Of a DNA stretch of 64,000 nt, positions 48,415 through 58,609 are shown in pieces. The notes beneath the pieces were generated by a model. The model had not been told where the DNA came from and ran no database searches. It saw only the letters and a list, made by a program, of their open reading frames with translations. Origin of the DNA: Promethearchaeota archaeon. Lineage in GTDB: Archaea > Asgardarchaeota > Lokiarchaeia > Sigyniarchaeales > SOKP01. The stretch is from assembly GCA_048940645.1 (NCBI GenBank), contig JBHLOI010000009.1:1-64000 (forward strand), given 5' to 3'. Position 1 is the first letter of the stretch; each line of letters opens with the position of its first letter. The translations under genes and the position numbers were made by a program.

Positions 48415-49773
48415 ATGAATGAAGTAAAAAAATCTCCCAAGTTAAAACGTAAAGTTTCTCTATTTGCATTGACTATATATGGAGTGGGTAATGTACTTGG
48501 AGCAGGAATTTATGCATTAATTGGACAAGTTGTAGGGATAACGGGCAATCTTTCATGGCTAGCATTTATTTTAGCAGCTATTACTGGTGCATTTACAGGA
48601 CTATCTTATGCTGAACTTTCAGCTATGTATCCTAAGAGTGCAGCCGAATTTGTTTATACAGAAGAAGCATTTAAAGTGCGAATTTTATCATTTATTTTAG
48701 GATGGATCATCATCTTTTCAGGTATATTTTCTGCCGCTACGGTTGCACTGGGTTTTGCTGGATATATCTCAGAGATATTGGGATTTGATTTGGCAATTAT
48801 AAAAATTATATTCGCTATTGCTTTAATCCTCGAATTGAGCATTATCAACTTTATTGGTATAAAAACTTCCACCTGGACAAATGTCATATTTACATTAATA
48901 GAAGCTTTCGGTTTAATATTCATAATTGTTATTGGTATCCCAAAATTTGGTACTGTAAATTATTATGAATTGCCCACCCTTTCAGTTATGCCTATCTTAT
49001 CTGCAGTAGCGTTAATATTTTTTGCATATATAGGCTTTGAAGATATTGCTAATATTGCTGAGGAGGTTAAAGAACCCCAAAGGAATCTTCCTAAGGGTAT
49101 AATATATTCCATAATAATTACTACAGTACTGTATTGCCTAACAGCTCTCTCAGTTGTTAGTATCGCACCATATAGTGATATTGCCAATTCTGAAGCTCCA
49201 TTGAATTATGTTGCTAGAGTTGCTATAGGCCCCATAGGAGGAATAATAATGTCTATTATAGCATTATTTGCTACTGCGAATACAGTTTTAATAATGTTAA
49301 TTGTAACTTCAAGAATGATGTATGGAATGGCAAGAGATAAAGCATTACCAGAATCTTTATGCAAAATCTCACGAACATACAGAACTCCAACTATCTCGGT
49401 TCTACTGACAATGATATTTGCAATTATTCCTGTCTTTTTCGGAGATATTGAAATTGTGGCACAAGCTACTGTTTTTGGAGTCTTAATTACCTTCTTCTTA
49501 GTAAATATTAGCTTAATTGCATTGAGAAGAAGTCGACCAGACGCTGAAAGACCGTTCAAATTGAAGCCATCTATTAGTTGGGTTCCATTAGTTGCCTTAT
49601 TTGGAGCTATAATATGTCTATCATTATTATTTACATTTAATTGGCTGATAGTTTTAATTCAAATAATAATAATTGCATGTGGAATAGTTGTTTTCTATGT
49701 CATGAAATATGTAACAAAGATAGAAACAAAAGCTTTATCAAAAATTCAAGCAAAAAGTACTACAAATAAATAA
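48415..49773 (+). CDS. APC-family amino acid permease
   Basis: GNVLGAGIY, SYAEL, FAYIGFE, RPF motifs. Confidence 0.93.
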   Translation: MNEVKKSPKLKRKVSLFALTIYGVGNVLGAGIYALIGQVVGITGNLSWLAFILAAITGAFTGLSYAELSAMYPKSAAEFVYTEEAFKVRILSFILGWIIIFSGIFSAATVALGFAGYISEILGFDLAIIKIIFAIALILELSIINFIGIKTSTWTNVIFTLIEAFGLIFIIVIGIPKFGTVNYYELPTLSVMPILSAVALIFFAYIGFEDIANIAEEVKEPQRNLPKGIIYSIIITTVLYCLTALSVVSIAPYSDIANSEAPLNYVARVAIGPIGGIIMSIIALFATANTVLIMLIVTSRMMYGMARDKALPESLCKISRTYRTPTISVLLTMIFAIIPVFFGDIEIVAQATVFGVLITFFLVNISLIALRRSRPDAERPFKLKPSISWVPLVALFGAIICLSLLFTFNWLIVLIQIIIIACGIVVFYVMKYVTKIETKALSKIQAKSTTNK

Positions 49774-49839
49774 TCACTTTTTTCTTTTTAGAAATAGGAA
49801 TTCTAAAGATTTTTAAAAGAAAATTTTGATATTATTTTT

Positions 49840-50589
49840 ATGACCTATACATCATTTAATAACTATATTTTACCAATATTCTTCTATTATATTGGCCTTA
49901 TTGTTTTCAGTATCATTATGACAGTATTAATGATAAAGAAGTGGAGAGAGCGAAAAGTAAACCCCCCATTTTATCTTTCTATCGTATTTGCCTTATTTAC
50001 AGTTGCATTAATAGCTCTTACTATTGGCTTAGGTGAAGCGGTAGTAACTCGTTTTTTTAAAGAAATATATAGAATATCCTTACCAGTTGCCTATAGTGTT
50101 ATTATCATAGCAGATATTTTTTTATTTATTTTTGGGAAAGAAATTACCAATAAAGGTAAAAATGCATTAATTCCTTTAATTGTTCTTGGAGCCGCTATAA
50201 TTGCCATTTTATTCCTTCCCTGGAACTGGTGGGGTGTCCCTCCTGAAGATTATGCTGGGCAGCTAAACATCCGTCTTTACTCAACGCTTTCTGTCATCCT
50301 TTACTCGTATGTTATTTACATCTTCATCGCAATGGTTTGTATAAAAGCAAGAAAACAAGCAAAAGAGGCTAAAGTAAAAGCAGGTTTGACACTCCTATTT
50401 TTATCTATGATTTCTATGATAGCATTCTTTTTAATGTTTATTTTTGATACTTTACTTATCACATTAGTAAATCATCCCGGTTATTCTGAATTCGTTTACA
50501 TTGCTTGGATTTTCGCGATTTTGTTTTTCGTGTTTACGTATCTGTCATTGATCATGCCAAAATGGCTTGTAGACAGGATTGAAAAATAA
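49840..50589 (+). CDS. 7-TM membrane protein
   Basis: Seven hydrophobic helices; C-terminal MPKWL. Confidence 0.75.
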   Translation: MTYTSFNNYILPIFFYYIGLIVFSIIMTVLMIKKWRERKVNPPFYLSIVFALFTVALIALTIGLGEAVVTRFFKEIYRISLPVAYSVIIIADIFLFIFGKEITNKGKNALIPLIVLGAAIIAILFLPWNWWGVPPEDYAGQLNIRLYSTLSVILYSYVIYIFIAMVCIKARKQAKEAKVKAGLTLLFLSMISMIAFFLMFIFDTLLITLVNHPGYSEFVYIAWIFAILFFVFTYLSLIMPKWLVDRIEK

Positions 50590-50646
50590 TTAATAATTTT
50601 TTCTTCATTTTTTTATTTAGTTAACAGCTCGAAATTATTTCTTTAA

Positions 50647-51795
50647 TTATTTACTTTCAAGAGCTTCCAGTAGAAAATCCGTTATATATTTGATTTCCTT
50701 ATCAGATTGAGTTTTATAGTTTACATAACGATAATTAAATACACATAGAGGACAGGAACTAATGAGTTCTTTTGTTTTGACTTCTTGAAATATTCTTTTA
50801 CCAATTTTTATTGAAATAGAGCTGTCTACACCTCGAATTCCTGAACCAGCGCCACAGCAAGGAGTTTCATTACGATTATTCTTTAATTCATGTATTTTTG
50901 AACCTGCTTTTTTCAATAATTCTCTTGGCTCCTTATAAATTGTTCTATTTTTTAACTTTCTTCCGGCTCGACAAGGATCGTGATAAGTTAATTCTCTCTT
51001 TAAGGTATTAAATTTAATTTTTCCACTTTTTTCTAATTCATCTATAATCTCAATTACATGTTTAACATGAATATTCCATCCGTCAACGTATTTAGGGTAT
51101 ACGTTATTAAAAGCATATAAACATCCGCCGCAAGTTACAATAAGATTTTTAATCTTATTTTTTTTGAATATTTCAAAATTTTCTTCGAAAATCTGCTTAG
51201 CAAGTTCTAGTTTTCCAGCAGAATAGACATATTCTCCACAGCATGGTTCTTTTTCTAATATTTTAAAATTGTAATTACATGTTCTTAGAAATTCATATGA
51301 GGTACTCGCGCTTTCTTTTACCCGAAATGAAGACATGCATCCAAGAAATAATAAGTTATCTGAATCTTTTTTCTCAAAAATTTCATTTTCTCTATAATTC
51401 TTAGGAAGCCAATTTAACCTTTCGTTTGGATCTCCATTAACAGAATTATGCGAATCTTCGATTCCTTTTATGATTTTATTATGAATGTCCAATGGGCCTA
51501 CATTTTTTTCTATAAGTTTTATTTTGGAAGAATGAATAATTTCAGAAATCTCAATGTTTTGCTCACAAAAAAGATTACATAAACCACATAAAGTACACGT
51601 ATAGATGCTATGGAGGTCCTCTTGAGTAATATTTTCATTAGTATAAATTTTATGCGCAATTTTAAGCCTTCCATTCGGTGATTGGAGTTCATTCTGGGTT
51701 ACATTATAAGTTTCACATACTTCCATACAGCTTTTACAGTCTACACAAGATTCTATTTTTTCTAAAGTATATTTGTCATCCATACTATAATCCAA
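50647..51795 (-). CDS. HdrD/GlpC-like Fe-S oxidoreductase (2x4Fe-4S + two CCG domains)
   Basis: CVDCKSC, CTLCGLC, PCCG, YHDPC, CCGAG, SCPLC. Confidence 0.9.
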   Translation of the reverse strand: MDYSMDDKYTLEKIESCVDCKSCMEVCETYNVTQNELQSPNGRLKIAHKIYTNENITQEDLHSIYTCTLCGLCNLFCEQNIEISEIIHSSKIKLIEKNVGPLDIHNKIIKGIEDSHNSVNGDPNERLNWLPKNYRENEIFEKKDSDNLLFLGCMSSFRVKESASTSYEFLRTCNYNFKILEKEPCCGEYVYSAGKLELAKQIFEENFEIFKKNKIKNLIVTCGGCLYAFNNVYPKYVDGWNIHVKHVIEIIDELEKSGKIKFNTLKRELTYHDPCRAGRKLKNRTIYKEPRELLKKAGSKIHELKNNRNETPCCGAGSGIRGVDSSISIKIGKRIFQEVKTKELISSCPLCVFNYRYVNYKTQSDKEIKYITDFLLEALESK

Positions 51796-51930
51796 ATTTT
51801 AATTTAATAAAATATTTTTCTTAATTTCGAGTTAAATAAACTAAATTTTTTTTACATAATTATAAACATTTTTAAACAATTACATCATAATTTTAATTTA
51901 AAAGAAATTCAATTAATAGGGTTTATCTAA

Positions 51931-54900
51931 ATGTCAAAGAAGAGATTCATTATTCTATGTCTAATGGTTGTTCTATTTTTAAGTTGTAATTTTACTCTGA
52001 ATATGGTTAATTTTGAGAATAAAATGATTTTTCAAAAAGAGCTTTGTCTTAAAAGTTCTGGTTACTGGGTTCTTAATAGTATTATTATCGATGATACAGG
52101 GGGAGGAGATTACCTATGGATAACAGCAGCAGCTGAAGATTGGTGTAGCGGTAGTGGCACATGGAATAACCCTTACGTAATTGAGAATGTCACATTTAAT
52201 GCTAACAATGCAGGTAGTGGCTTATTAATTCGTAACTCAAATAAATATTTTATAGTCAGAAATTGTACTTTTCATAATTCAGGTTCTTTCACAGGGGAAT
52301 ATAACGATGCAGGGCTTAGTCTAAATAATACTAAGAATGGTAAACTTATCGATAATGAATGCTCATTTAATAATGGATATGGAATCTCCTTAGATTGGAA
52401 TAGCGATAATAATACTGTTGAAGGAAATATCCTAAAAAATAATTCAATTGATGGGGCGATTTTAAGATATAGTTATAACATTACTTTTTCAAGAAATACC
52501 GCAATATTTAATGTTGGAACTGGAATTACTACACTTGGAGCTAATAATTCTAAAATTTTTCAAAATACAGCTATATATAATCAGGCTGGTATATGTATTG
52601 CTAGTGGGAGTAAAAATATTACAGTATCTGATAATATTATAAGGCATAATACAATTGAGGGACTCTATTTAAGGGTAGGATCTACGAATAATACGTTTAA
52701 AAATAATCTAATATCATATAATGGCTTAGGCAACGGGTATGGGATAGGACTAAGAATGGATGGCACCACTTTTAATAAAATCTTAAATAATGATATAAAA
52801 GACAATAGGAACGGGATTGAAATGCTTACTTATGATAATAATCATCATAATATCATCTTTAATAATGAAATAGAAGATAATGAACTATATGGATTAAGTA
52901 TCCAAAATGGCAGTAATGATAATCTTATATATGGGAATCTTTTTAGTAATAGTCCAAATAATGCTTTTGACAATGGAGCTAATAACAGTTGGGACAATGG
53001 AGTCTTAGGGAATTGTTGGGATGATTATAATGGCACTGGTCCATATATCATTTGGGGGAATGCAGGGAGTCAAGATAATTTTCCAATGTTTAACAATTAC
53101 AATATTCCAGGTGATATTGGTATTATTCCCTTAAATCAGACTATTAAAATCGGTTTAATTAATGATATGAATCATATAACTGGAAAAGATACTTTGAAGG
53201 GAGCTAACTTGGCAGCCAAAGAAGTCAATGAAGCTGGTGGAGTCTTAATTAATGGTTCTATCTTCTATATAGGTCTTACGTCACATAATACTTTTGAGTA
53301 TGAAATACCTCTTAATATAAATAACGGAGTTAACGCTGTCTATAATATGATTTCTAATTACAATCCAGATTTTATTATTGGAGGAACACAATATGATGCA
53401 GTAAATGCATACACTGAAACTATTATGGATGCTAAAATTCCATTTATTTCAACAGGATGTAGTTTAAATACTCTTACTCAAAATGTAATAGATAATTATA
53501 ATCGGTATAAATATTTTTTCAGGGCAATGATTAATGCTTCACAAATATTCACAGAACTAATGAACTTTCAAGCATACCTAACTAACTATTTAAGTAGTCC
53601 ATCAATTTTAAATAGACCAATTAATAAAATAGCATTTCTTTATGAAGATTTATATTATTATTCTAATCTTATGAACACACTAAAAACTTATTTACCTATA
53701 GTTGGGATAGAAATTGTAAAAGAGATTAAGTATGACTCAAGCACTAGTAAAAGTGAATTTGAACAATATTGGAATGAAATAGATAATGCAGGAGCTCAGC
53801 TTACGTTAGTAGGTTCTTTTTTTTCAGACAAGGTAAAGATAATCAGTGAAACTTATGGTGAAATTAAACCTAGATGCTTATTATTTAGTACATATTATAA
53901 TTCGACGAAAGAATATTGGGATGGAAGCAATGGAAAATGTCAATATGAAATTTCCTATCAAAGTATCTATAACATTTCTAGAACTTCGCTAACAAAACCT
54001 TTTTGGAATAATTTTATAAATGAATATAACCATGAACCCACGTTCCACAGTGCGAGTGCATACAATGCCATTTATCTTATCGTAAATGCAACTAAAGACA
54101 GTCAATCGTGGAGTGCTGATAAAATAGTAGGTAGCTTAGAAAAAATTAATACATCCAATTCCTTTCCTGGAGTTTGTGGACATATAGCTTTTAAATCTTC
54201 TCATGGGATTTATAATGCTTTAGGCTATGGTTCAGGTTTAATGTGCCAATGGCAATCAGGTGGAACTAAAGTAGTAATTCCAAATGGGAATTTGATTTAT
54301 TCTGATTCCTTAGCAACTGGAAGTTTAGAAACCCCTGATTGGGGAATTAATATTCGTTTTACAATAAATTCTCCCAGTAAAAATAATGTATTTGCTGAGT
54401 TCTCCCCAGATTTTAATATTGAGATTTTAGATGCAGTAGACAAAATCTGGTACACGTTAAATTCTGGATCAGAAAAATATTTTATAACGAATAATGAAAC
54501 AATTGATCAAACAGCTTGGATGGCTTTATCTGATGGGGTTGTCAAGATTACGTTTTATTCTAATGAGACTTCAGGAGAAATCTATAGGAGATTTGTTCAT
54601 GTAATAAAAGACACTGAACCTCCGCAAGTTACAATAGAACCTATGGATACCACTACATTTGGAAGTGAAGCACCTACGATAATACTCAATATTCAGGATA
54701 CGTCTAATATAACAGAAAGTTATTATAGCTTAGATGGAGGAGTAACAAAAATACCATTTACCGGCAATGAAGTTACAATTAATCAAACGCTCTGGGATGT
54801 GTTAGGAGAAGGAATAGTAACAATTAGTTTTTACATTATCGATTCAGTTGGTAAGGAAACCATTGTATACGTAGATGTTTATAAAGATTTACCAGGTGAT

Positions 54901-56145
54901 GACTTTCTCTTATATATTATTATAGGTGTTATAGCTCTTGGTTTAGGAGTTGTGAGTACTATTGTTTATACCCAATATAGAAGAAAAAAGAGAAGAAGAA
55001 CTGAATGGATTAAACTTAAAAAGAAAAAGGGCTTAATCTCACCAGAATTAGCTGAAGGTAAAAACTTAATTTTTATAAGTTATGCAACAACAGATTCAGA
55101 CCTATTCCAAATCCCATTAATTACCGATATTTTAGTCCAATACCCCGAGATCGATGATATACTTTATTGGGAATCCGATATGCATGATGACATTTATGAA
55201 TATATGGACGATAACCTAAAACTCTGTTCTGTTTTCCTTCTGTTTTGTTCACAAAATTCCCTCTATTCGGAACCTGTTAAAATGGAATGGCGTTCAGCGT
55301 TAAAATTAGATAAGAAAATAATTCCCATTTTCATTAATCCAAATGATATTCCCCCATTATTAACTACCAAATTAGGTGTGCAATTTAATGAAAGTGAAGT
55401 TTATGATTCAATAGAAGCAATATACCAAATGCTTCTCAAAAAGCTGGAAATAGTTTCTACTAGAGAATTTTGTAAATATTTAATTCCAAAAATGGTTTCC
55501 GACCAATATTTTGAAGAAAAAACAGCAGTAATGGTGAAAAAAGATATTGAAATTGAAAGCGATAATACTATTGATGATCTACAAATACAATTTATTTCAA
55601 TTTTAGAAAAGAATAACTTTCAATTTCTCAAAAAACCAATAGAAATTGAAGAAATAGAGAAATCAGAATCCCATTTAATATCTCTAAGATTTTTTGCTGA
55701 AGATAAATTTGAAAAACTAGAAATTGGATTAACTGCTACTATTCAAAAAGTTGAAGATTATAAGAATAAAATTTATCTTAGAGTCATGGGGAATAGAGAA
55801 TGGATGGTAAATGAAATTTTAAGCGATCTTGCTAATAAATCATATCCATTAAAAACTGTCACTGAATTATTAAGAGAATATTCAGAAAAAATTGATAATT
55901 TCATAGATCATATAGACAATCTTGAAGAATTTCTTAGAAAAAATCTTGGTCCAGAAATTGAGGAAATTGAAGAAACAATATATCAATATTTAAGTAAGCA
56001 AATTGAAAAAGACGATTTTATAAAGAAAGGGCTCCAAATTCTTGGAAAGCGATTTATACTAGTTTTCATAGAAAATTTACCAAAAATACTTCATGAAAAG
56101 GAAGAGTTAGAAGATAAAGGCAAGGAGATTGACATTCAACTTTAA
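51931..56145 (+). CDS. Single-pass receptor-like protein: signal peptide, NosD beta-helix, type-I periplasmic-binding (Venus flytrap) domain, two Ig-like domains, TM, TIR domain, C-terminal domain
   Basis: Asn-rich beta-helix; IKIGLI...GANLAAKEVNEAGG...YKYFFR...AYNAIY (LivJ-like); TM at ~54904-54969; TIR IFISYA...SLYSEPVKMEW...IIPIF. Confidence 0.88.
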   Translation: MSKKRFIILCLMVVLFLSCNFTLNMVNFENKMIFQKELCLKSSGYWVLNSIIIDDTGGGDYLWITAAAEDWCSGSGTWNNPYVIENVTFNANNAGSGLLIRNSNKYFIVRNCTFHNSGSFTGEYNDAGLSLNNTKNGKLIDNECSFNNGYGISLDWNSDNNTVEGNILKNNSIDGAILRYSYNITFSRNTAIFNVGTGITTLGANNSKIFQNTAIYNQAGICIASGSKNITVSDNIIRHNTIEGLYLRVGSTNNTFKNNLISYNGLGNGYGIGLRMDGTTFNKILNNDIKDNRNGIEMLTYDNNHHNIIFNNEIEDNELYGLSIQNGSNDNLIYGNLFSNSPNNAFDNGANNSWDNGVLGNCWDDYNGTGPYIIWGNAGSQDNFPMFNNYNIPGDIGIIPLNQTIKIGLINDMNHITGKDTLKGANLAAKEVNEAGGVLINGSIFYIGLTSHNTFEYEIPLNINNGVNAVYNMISNYNPDFIIGGTQYDAVNAYTETIMDAKIPFISTGCSLNTLTQNVIDNYNRYKYFFRAMINASQIFTELMNFQAYLTNYLSSPSILNRPINKIAFLYEDLYYYSNLMNTLKTYLPIVGIEIVKEIKYDSSTSKSEFEQYWNEIDNAGAQLTLVGSFFSDKVKIISETYGEIKPRCLLFSTYYNSTKEYWDGSNGKCQYEISYQSIYNISRTSLTKPFWNNFINEYNHEPTFHSASAYNAIYLIVNATKDSQSWSADKIVGSLEKINTSNSFPGVCGHIAFKSSHGIYNALGYGSGLMCQWQSGGTKVVIPNGNLIYSDSLATGSLETPDWGINIRFTINSPSKNNVFAEFSPDFNIEILDAVDKIWYTLNSGSEKYFITNNETIDQTAWMALSDGVVKITFYSNETSGEIYRRFVHVIKDTEPPQVTIEPMDTTTFGSEAPTIILNIQDTSNITESYYSLDGGVTKIPFTGNEVTINQTLWDVLGEGIVTISFYIIDSVGKETIVYVDVYKDLPGDDFLLYIIIGVIALGLGVVSTIVYTQYRRKKRRRTEWIKLKKKKGLISPELAEGKNLIFISYATTDSDLFQIPLITDILVQYPEIDDILYWESDMHDDIYEYMDDNLKLCSVFLLFCSQNSLYSEPVKMEWRSALKLDKKIIPIFINPNDIPPLLTTKLGVQFNESEVYDSIEAIYQMLLKKLEIVSTREFCKYLIPKMVSDQYFEEKTAVMVKKDIEIESDNTIDDLQIQFISILEKNNFQFLKKPIEIEEIEKSESHLISLRFFAEDKFEKLEIGLTATIQKVEDYKNKIYLRVMGNREWMVNEILSDLANKSYPLKTVTELLREYSEKIDNFIDHIDNLEEFLRKNLGPEIEEIEETIYQYLSKQIEKDDFIKKGLQILGKRFILVFIENLPKILHEKEELEDKGKEIDIQL

Positions 56146-56204
56146 AAATCTATATGACTAATTCTTTATTTTTTTTCTTTAATTATTTGAACCTAATTTC
56201 TCAC

Positions 56205-56960
56205 TTATTCCCAAAAATCCTTGATTTCATTAATATTTTTATATCCAACTACGTTATCTCTTATGAAAATATCGAAAGGCAAATCTTTTTTTCTATATTT
56301 TCTAGTAATTTTTAGTAAAATTGCGTGTTCCGGGATGTGATATATTTCTTTATATTTTTCTCCGACGCCATCAGAATATTGATATTGTTGGAGGACAAAT
56401 GTACCTCTAAATTTATATTTCTTGAGGAAGGTAATAATTTTGTGAATATCTTCTGGTTTCAATAATTTTTCCACATATGTCGTTCTTATTTCAAAATCAA
56501 TCTCATTTCGATTGTTAATTATATTAAACGTCTCAATAATAAGTTCAGGGTTTATATCAACACCAGTAATTTTTTCTAATCTGATTTTCTTTAATGGTCC
56601 TTTCAAGTCTAAGGAAACTCTACTGATATAGGGAAGTAATTTTGTAATTAGAGCTGGCTTTGTTCCATTTGTGTCTATATTAATGTATCTACCAATTTTT
56701 TGGATTTCCTTACAAAGAGCGATTATATCTTTTTGAAGGGTTGGTTCACCTCCAGTAATACTTACAGCGCTCACTAATAAATTACTCTTAACATGTTCTA
56801 GTATTTCACTAACTTTCATATCTTTACCTACATTAAGATTCAATAGATATTTATTATGACAGAATTCACATTTTAAATTACAGCCAACTGTAAAAATTAC
56901 CATTGAGGATTTCTCTGGAATGTCTTTTGTAGATATATCAATAATTCCCCCAACTCTCAT
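56205..56960 (-). CDS. nrdG: Radical SAM glycyl-radical activase (anaerobic RNR activating protein-like)
   Basis: FTVGCNLKCEFCHN, TGGEPTLQ, DTNG, DLKGP, EIRTT. Confidence 0.8.
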   Translation of the reverse strand: MRVGGIIDISTKDIPEKSSMVIFTVGCNLKCEFCHNKYLLNLNVGKDMKVSEILEHVKSNLLVSAVSITGGEPTLQKDIIALCKEIQKIGRYINIDTNGTKPALITKLLPYISRVSLDLKGPLKKIRLEKITGVDINPELIIETFNIINNRNEIDFEIRTTYVEKLLKPEDIHKIITFLKKYKFRGTFVLQQYQYSDGVGEKYKEIYHIPEHAILLKITRKYRKKDLPFDIFIRDNVVGYKNINEIKDFWE

Positions 56961-56969
56961 ATAAAACCT

Positions 56970-57866
56970 CTAAAAATTCTCTCGAATAAAATTCTCTATT
57001 TCAAATAATGTTAGTTCAAAAGGTCTAGGAGACTCCATTTTTAATGATGTCAAGGCAGCTGAAAATTTTAAGGATTCTTCTGGATTCTTTGATATTCTAG
57101 ATCCTAAATAACTAATAAAAGCTGTGTCTCCTCTGCCGGTCCTTCCTACTATTGTTTTATTCTTCCATGGAAAAAAATATATATCATCTAAAGCGTTTAC
57201 TGTGATTCCTTTCTGATGAGTTGCTAGTATTTCTTGAGGACCATAAGTTCGTAATTCTATTAAAGCATCATTAATATTATTTTGTTTAGTAAGGATATTA
57301 GCTTCTTTCTGATCAATCTTGAGATAATCTACTTTTGACAAAATAATTTCTTTTTCTTTTTCTAACAAATCTTTATAATAAACATTATCATTGTCTCTGA
57401 ATCGCATAAATCCTTGAATGTCTAATGCTAACTTTCCTCTATATCTTTTTTTAAGAATACTTAATAATTTAAAATTGACTTCTCCATCCATTATAGGACC
57501 TATAACAAACATTTTTGGATTGATATTAGGAATGTTTTCTTTCTTAAATGGCCCTGCAAAGCCTAATAATTTATAATCCCTAAATTCGATATTTTTCGAA
57601 GAATAAATATTCCATAGACCTGAAGTCTCGTTAGAAGGATAAGCAAAATATACGATTCCTTTTTTTTTAAAGGTTTCTAAAATAGGGAAATCTTCTTTTT
57701 TCAATAGCGTTATAATTGATACTTTTAATCCCATATGACTTCCAGCAATTCCTCCGTAATAAACAGCACCACCTATTGACTCTCTACTTATACCATCCAC
57801 TTCAATGATATCTTTAGCAATGTGTCCCAATATTGTAATATCAGAATCAATTCTATCTTTATGCAT
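56970..57866 (-). CDS. PfkB-family carbohydrate kinase
   Basis: GHIAKD, GGAVYY, LDIQG, GRTGRGDTAF. Confidence 0.85.
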   Translation of the reverse strand: MHKDRIDSDITILGHIAKDIIEVDGISRESIGGAVYYGGIAGSHMGLKVSIITLLKKEDFPILETFKKKGIVYFAYPSNETSGLWNIYSSKNIEFRDYKLLGFAGPFKKENIPNINPKMFVIGPIMDGEVNFKLLSILKKRYRGKLALDIQGFMRFRDNDNVYYKDLLEKEKEIILSKVDYLKIDQKEANILTKQNNINDALIELRTYGPQEILATHQKGITVNALDDIYFFPWKNKTIVGRTGRGDTAFISYLGSRISKNPEESLKFSAALTSLKMESPRPFELTLFEIENFIRENF

Positions 57867-58085
57867 AATAATAATTAAAATAATTGATTAAAGATTTAAG
57901 AAATTATCTAAGTTTGGTATCAAATGTTTTAGATAAGATTTATGATTTACTAAAATAGTCTTTTTAACCGTTAGAATCAAAATATAAAGAAGAGTAGACT
58001 TTTTTAGCCAAATATATTAGATTAGACAATTTTTATCTAATTACTAAATTTAAAAAGTAGATCTTATAAAAAATACTGTTAAGAT

Positions 58086-58289
58086 TTATTCATATATTAA
58101 TAATGAACTTGGCTTATTGTTAATAAAGCTCATAATAATTCGTTCTTCAATTTCATGAAGTTTTAATTTTTCTACTTTATTACAATTCCAATCATAACAT
58201 TTTCTATCATTTTTATATACCACACCACAATGAATTGTGTGATATGAACCATCAGCATATTCTTTGCCACAAACTAAACATTTTTTCAT
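58086..58289 (-). CDS. Small Cys/His-rich (zinc-finger-like) protein
   Basis: CLVCG...HC...CYDWNC. Confidence 0.55.
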   Translation of the reverse strand: MKKCLVCGKEYADGSYHTIHCGVVYKNDRKCYDWNCNKVEKLKLHEIEERIIMSFINNKPSSLLIYE

Positions 58290-58609
58290 TTTTTTTTCAC
58301 ATTCATTAAAAAAATTTTTAATTTTTTTTTTCTTACTATAATTAATAGTATCATAGTTTCTTATTTAAACCTTCCCATTAAATTCCCCACTTATCATAAA
58401 ATATAAATATTAAATGTAAATCGACAAAAAAATAAAATCTACATAACTACTTTGAACAAAAGTTGCTTTAAAAATATTATTACTGAACAATGTTCAATTT
58501 TTAAAAGGTCTTATTTAATATTTATGGTTAAATTTTGAAAAATGTTTAGAATAAATAATGAAAGTTGATGAATTTTTAATTAAAATTTCACTTGTTGATA
58601 ATAAATCTA

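Noticed and set aside
49840-50589. Microbial rhodopsin or heliorhodopsin
   Set aside because: No retinal-binding Lys motif (DxxxK/SxxxK) in helix 7.
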